Origin: Syntrophales bacterium
Lineage (GTDB): Bacteria > Desulfobacterota > Syntrophia > Syntrophales > PHBD01
Assembly (NCBI GenBank): GCA_963668175.1
Contig: OY764159.1
Location: 1,920,001-1,984,000 of the forward strand
DNA length: 64,000 nucleotides
Direction of reading: 5' to 3'
Shown: positions 63,124-64,000 of the stretch, in pieces
Layout of the letters: each line of letters starts with the position of its first letter
Numbering within the stretch: position 1 is the first letter of the stretch
Position numbers and translations under genes: made by a program
The notes under the pieces: generated by a model
Told to the model about the DNA's origin: nothing
Database searches by the model: none
The model's input: only the letters and a program-made list of their open reading frames with translations

Positions 63124-63741
63124 ATGATGGATGCAGGGCGGATAAGGGACAAGTTCGGCTGCGATTATACGGCGGACGATCGTACGTTCAAGATGGGCAT
63201 CGATAGGCGGTTCGCCGCCCATATGGCGGAGCGATTCCGTGGGCGCAATGTGCTGGAGACATGCACGGGCGGTGGTTTCACAACCATCGCCCTGGCACAG
63301 GCTGCGGCGCGGGTGACGACCGTGGAGATCGAGCCGCGCCATCAGGCCCAGGCCAGGGAGAACTTGCATAAGGCCGGCCTTCTTGACGCCGTGGCGCTCG
63401 TTTCCGGCAGTATCCTGGATGCGGAAATCTTGTCCGGGCTGCCGCCTTTCGATGCCGCCTTCCTCGACCCGGACTGGGCCGTGACCGGCCCCGACCACGT
63501 ATACCGATTTATCGGCTCCAACACGCAGCCGCCGGCGGACGTCCTGTTCAGGACGATCCTGGGGCTTACGGAACATATCGCCATGGTGCTGCCGCCGTGC
63601 CTGGGTACACGCGAATTCGCAGGCCTGCCGCCACATGAATGCGAGCGGCTTTACCTGGGGGACAGCCACGAACTCTATTGCCTCTACTTCGGAGACCTGG
63701 CGTCCGGCTTCGCGGAAACCTCTTTTCGCGCGGCGCCGTGA
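63124..63741 (+). CDS. Class I SAM methyltransferase (TGS1-like DPxW)
   Basis: LETCTGGG motif I, VEIE, FLDPDW. Confidence 0.8.
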   Translation: MMDAGRIRDKFGCDYTADDRTFKMGIDRRFAAHMAERFRGRNVLETCTGGGFTTIALAQAAARVTTVEIEPRHQAQARENLHKAGLLDAVALVSGSILDAEILSGLPPFDAAFLDPDWAVTGPDHVYRFIGSNTQPPADVLFRTILGLTEHIAMVLPPCLGTREFAGLPPHECERLYLGDSHELYCLYFGDLASGFAETSFRAAP

Positions 63742-64000
63742 TGCCGCCGGCCGGCGCGGGGCCGAATCCTCCGTTCTTTCGACGGTGCGCGTCTGTGTCG
63801 ATAGAGCGGCGTAAGACGGGTTTATTATGTAACACGGCCATTCCATATACGGTAGCGGGCCGGGCGAGGGGCGTGTCCGGCGGATCTTTCAAAGCACGAT
63901 AACGGAGGTTGCCATGAATGCCACGAGGGCCGCATGCATCGGCTTGTGCCTGTGCGTGTGGATGGGGGGTTGCGTTACGAGGCCGGCGTCCTGGGAGCAT

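Overview
GC-rich bacterial chromosomal window. The gene content (sigma-54 regulators, multi-PAS hybrid kinases, beta-oxidation enzymes, a PEP-CTERM protein, DUF2889, Fe-S nitroreductase and aldo/keto reductase) suggests an anaerobic Desulfobacterota/Syntrophales-like organism; this is an inference. It holds about 55 CDSs, mostly accessory metabolism, redox/stress and signalling genes. It also has several AT-rich single-gene insertions, tandem paralogues (lipoproteins, small membrane proteins, two MCPs) and a MITE-like repeat family. No rRNA, tRNA, CRISPR array or intact transposase/integrase was seen. Top finding: an alaC-type alanine aminotransferase (39077-40387, minus strand) is preceded by an unannotated 28-aa leader peptide with seven consecutive Ala codons, mutually exclusive RNA helices and an intrinsic terminator. 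This is the full architecture of an alanine-sensing ribosome-mediated attenuator. Other highlights: a three-micro-ORF unit sharing a WIDP motif next to a DnaA-box-like array and a sigma-54 promoter; a stand-alone MerR effector-like domain behind a 19-bp-spacer promoter; an AT-rich ATPase-TOPRIM defence candidate; a degenerate stand-alone cyclase; and a 185-bp duplicated LysR 3' end bracketing an aldo/keto reductase gene.
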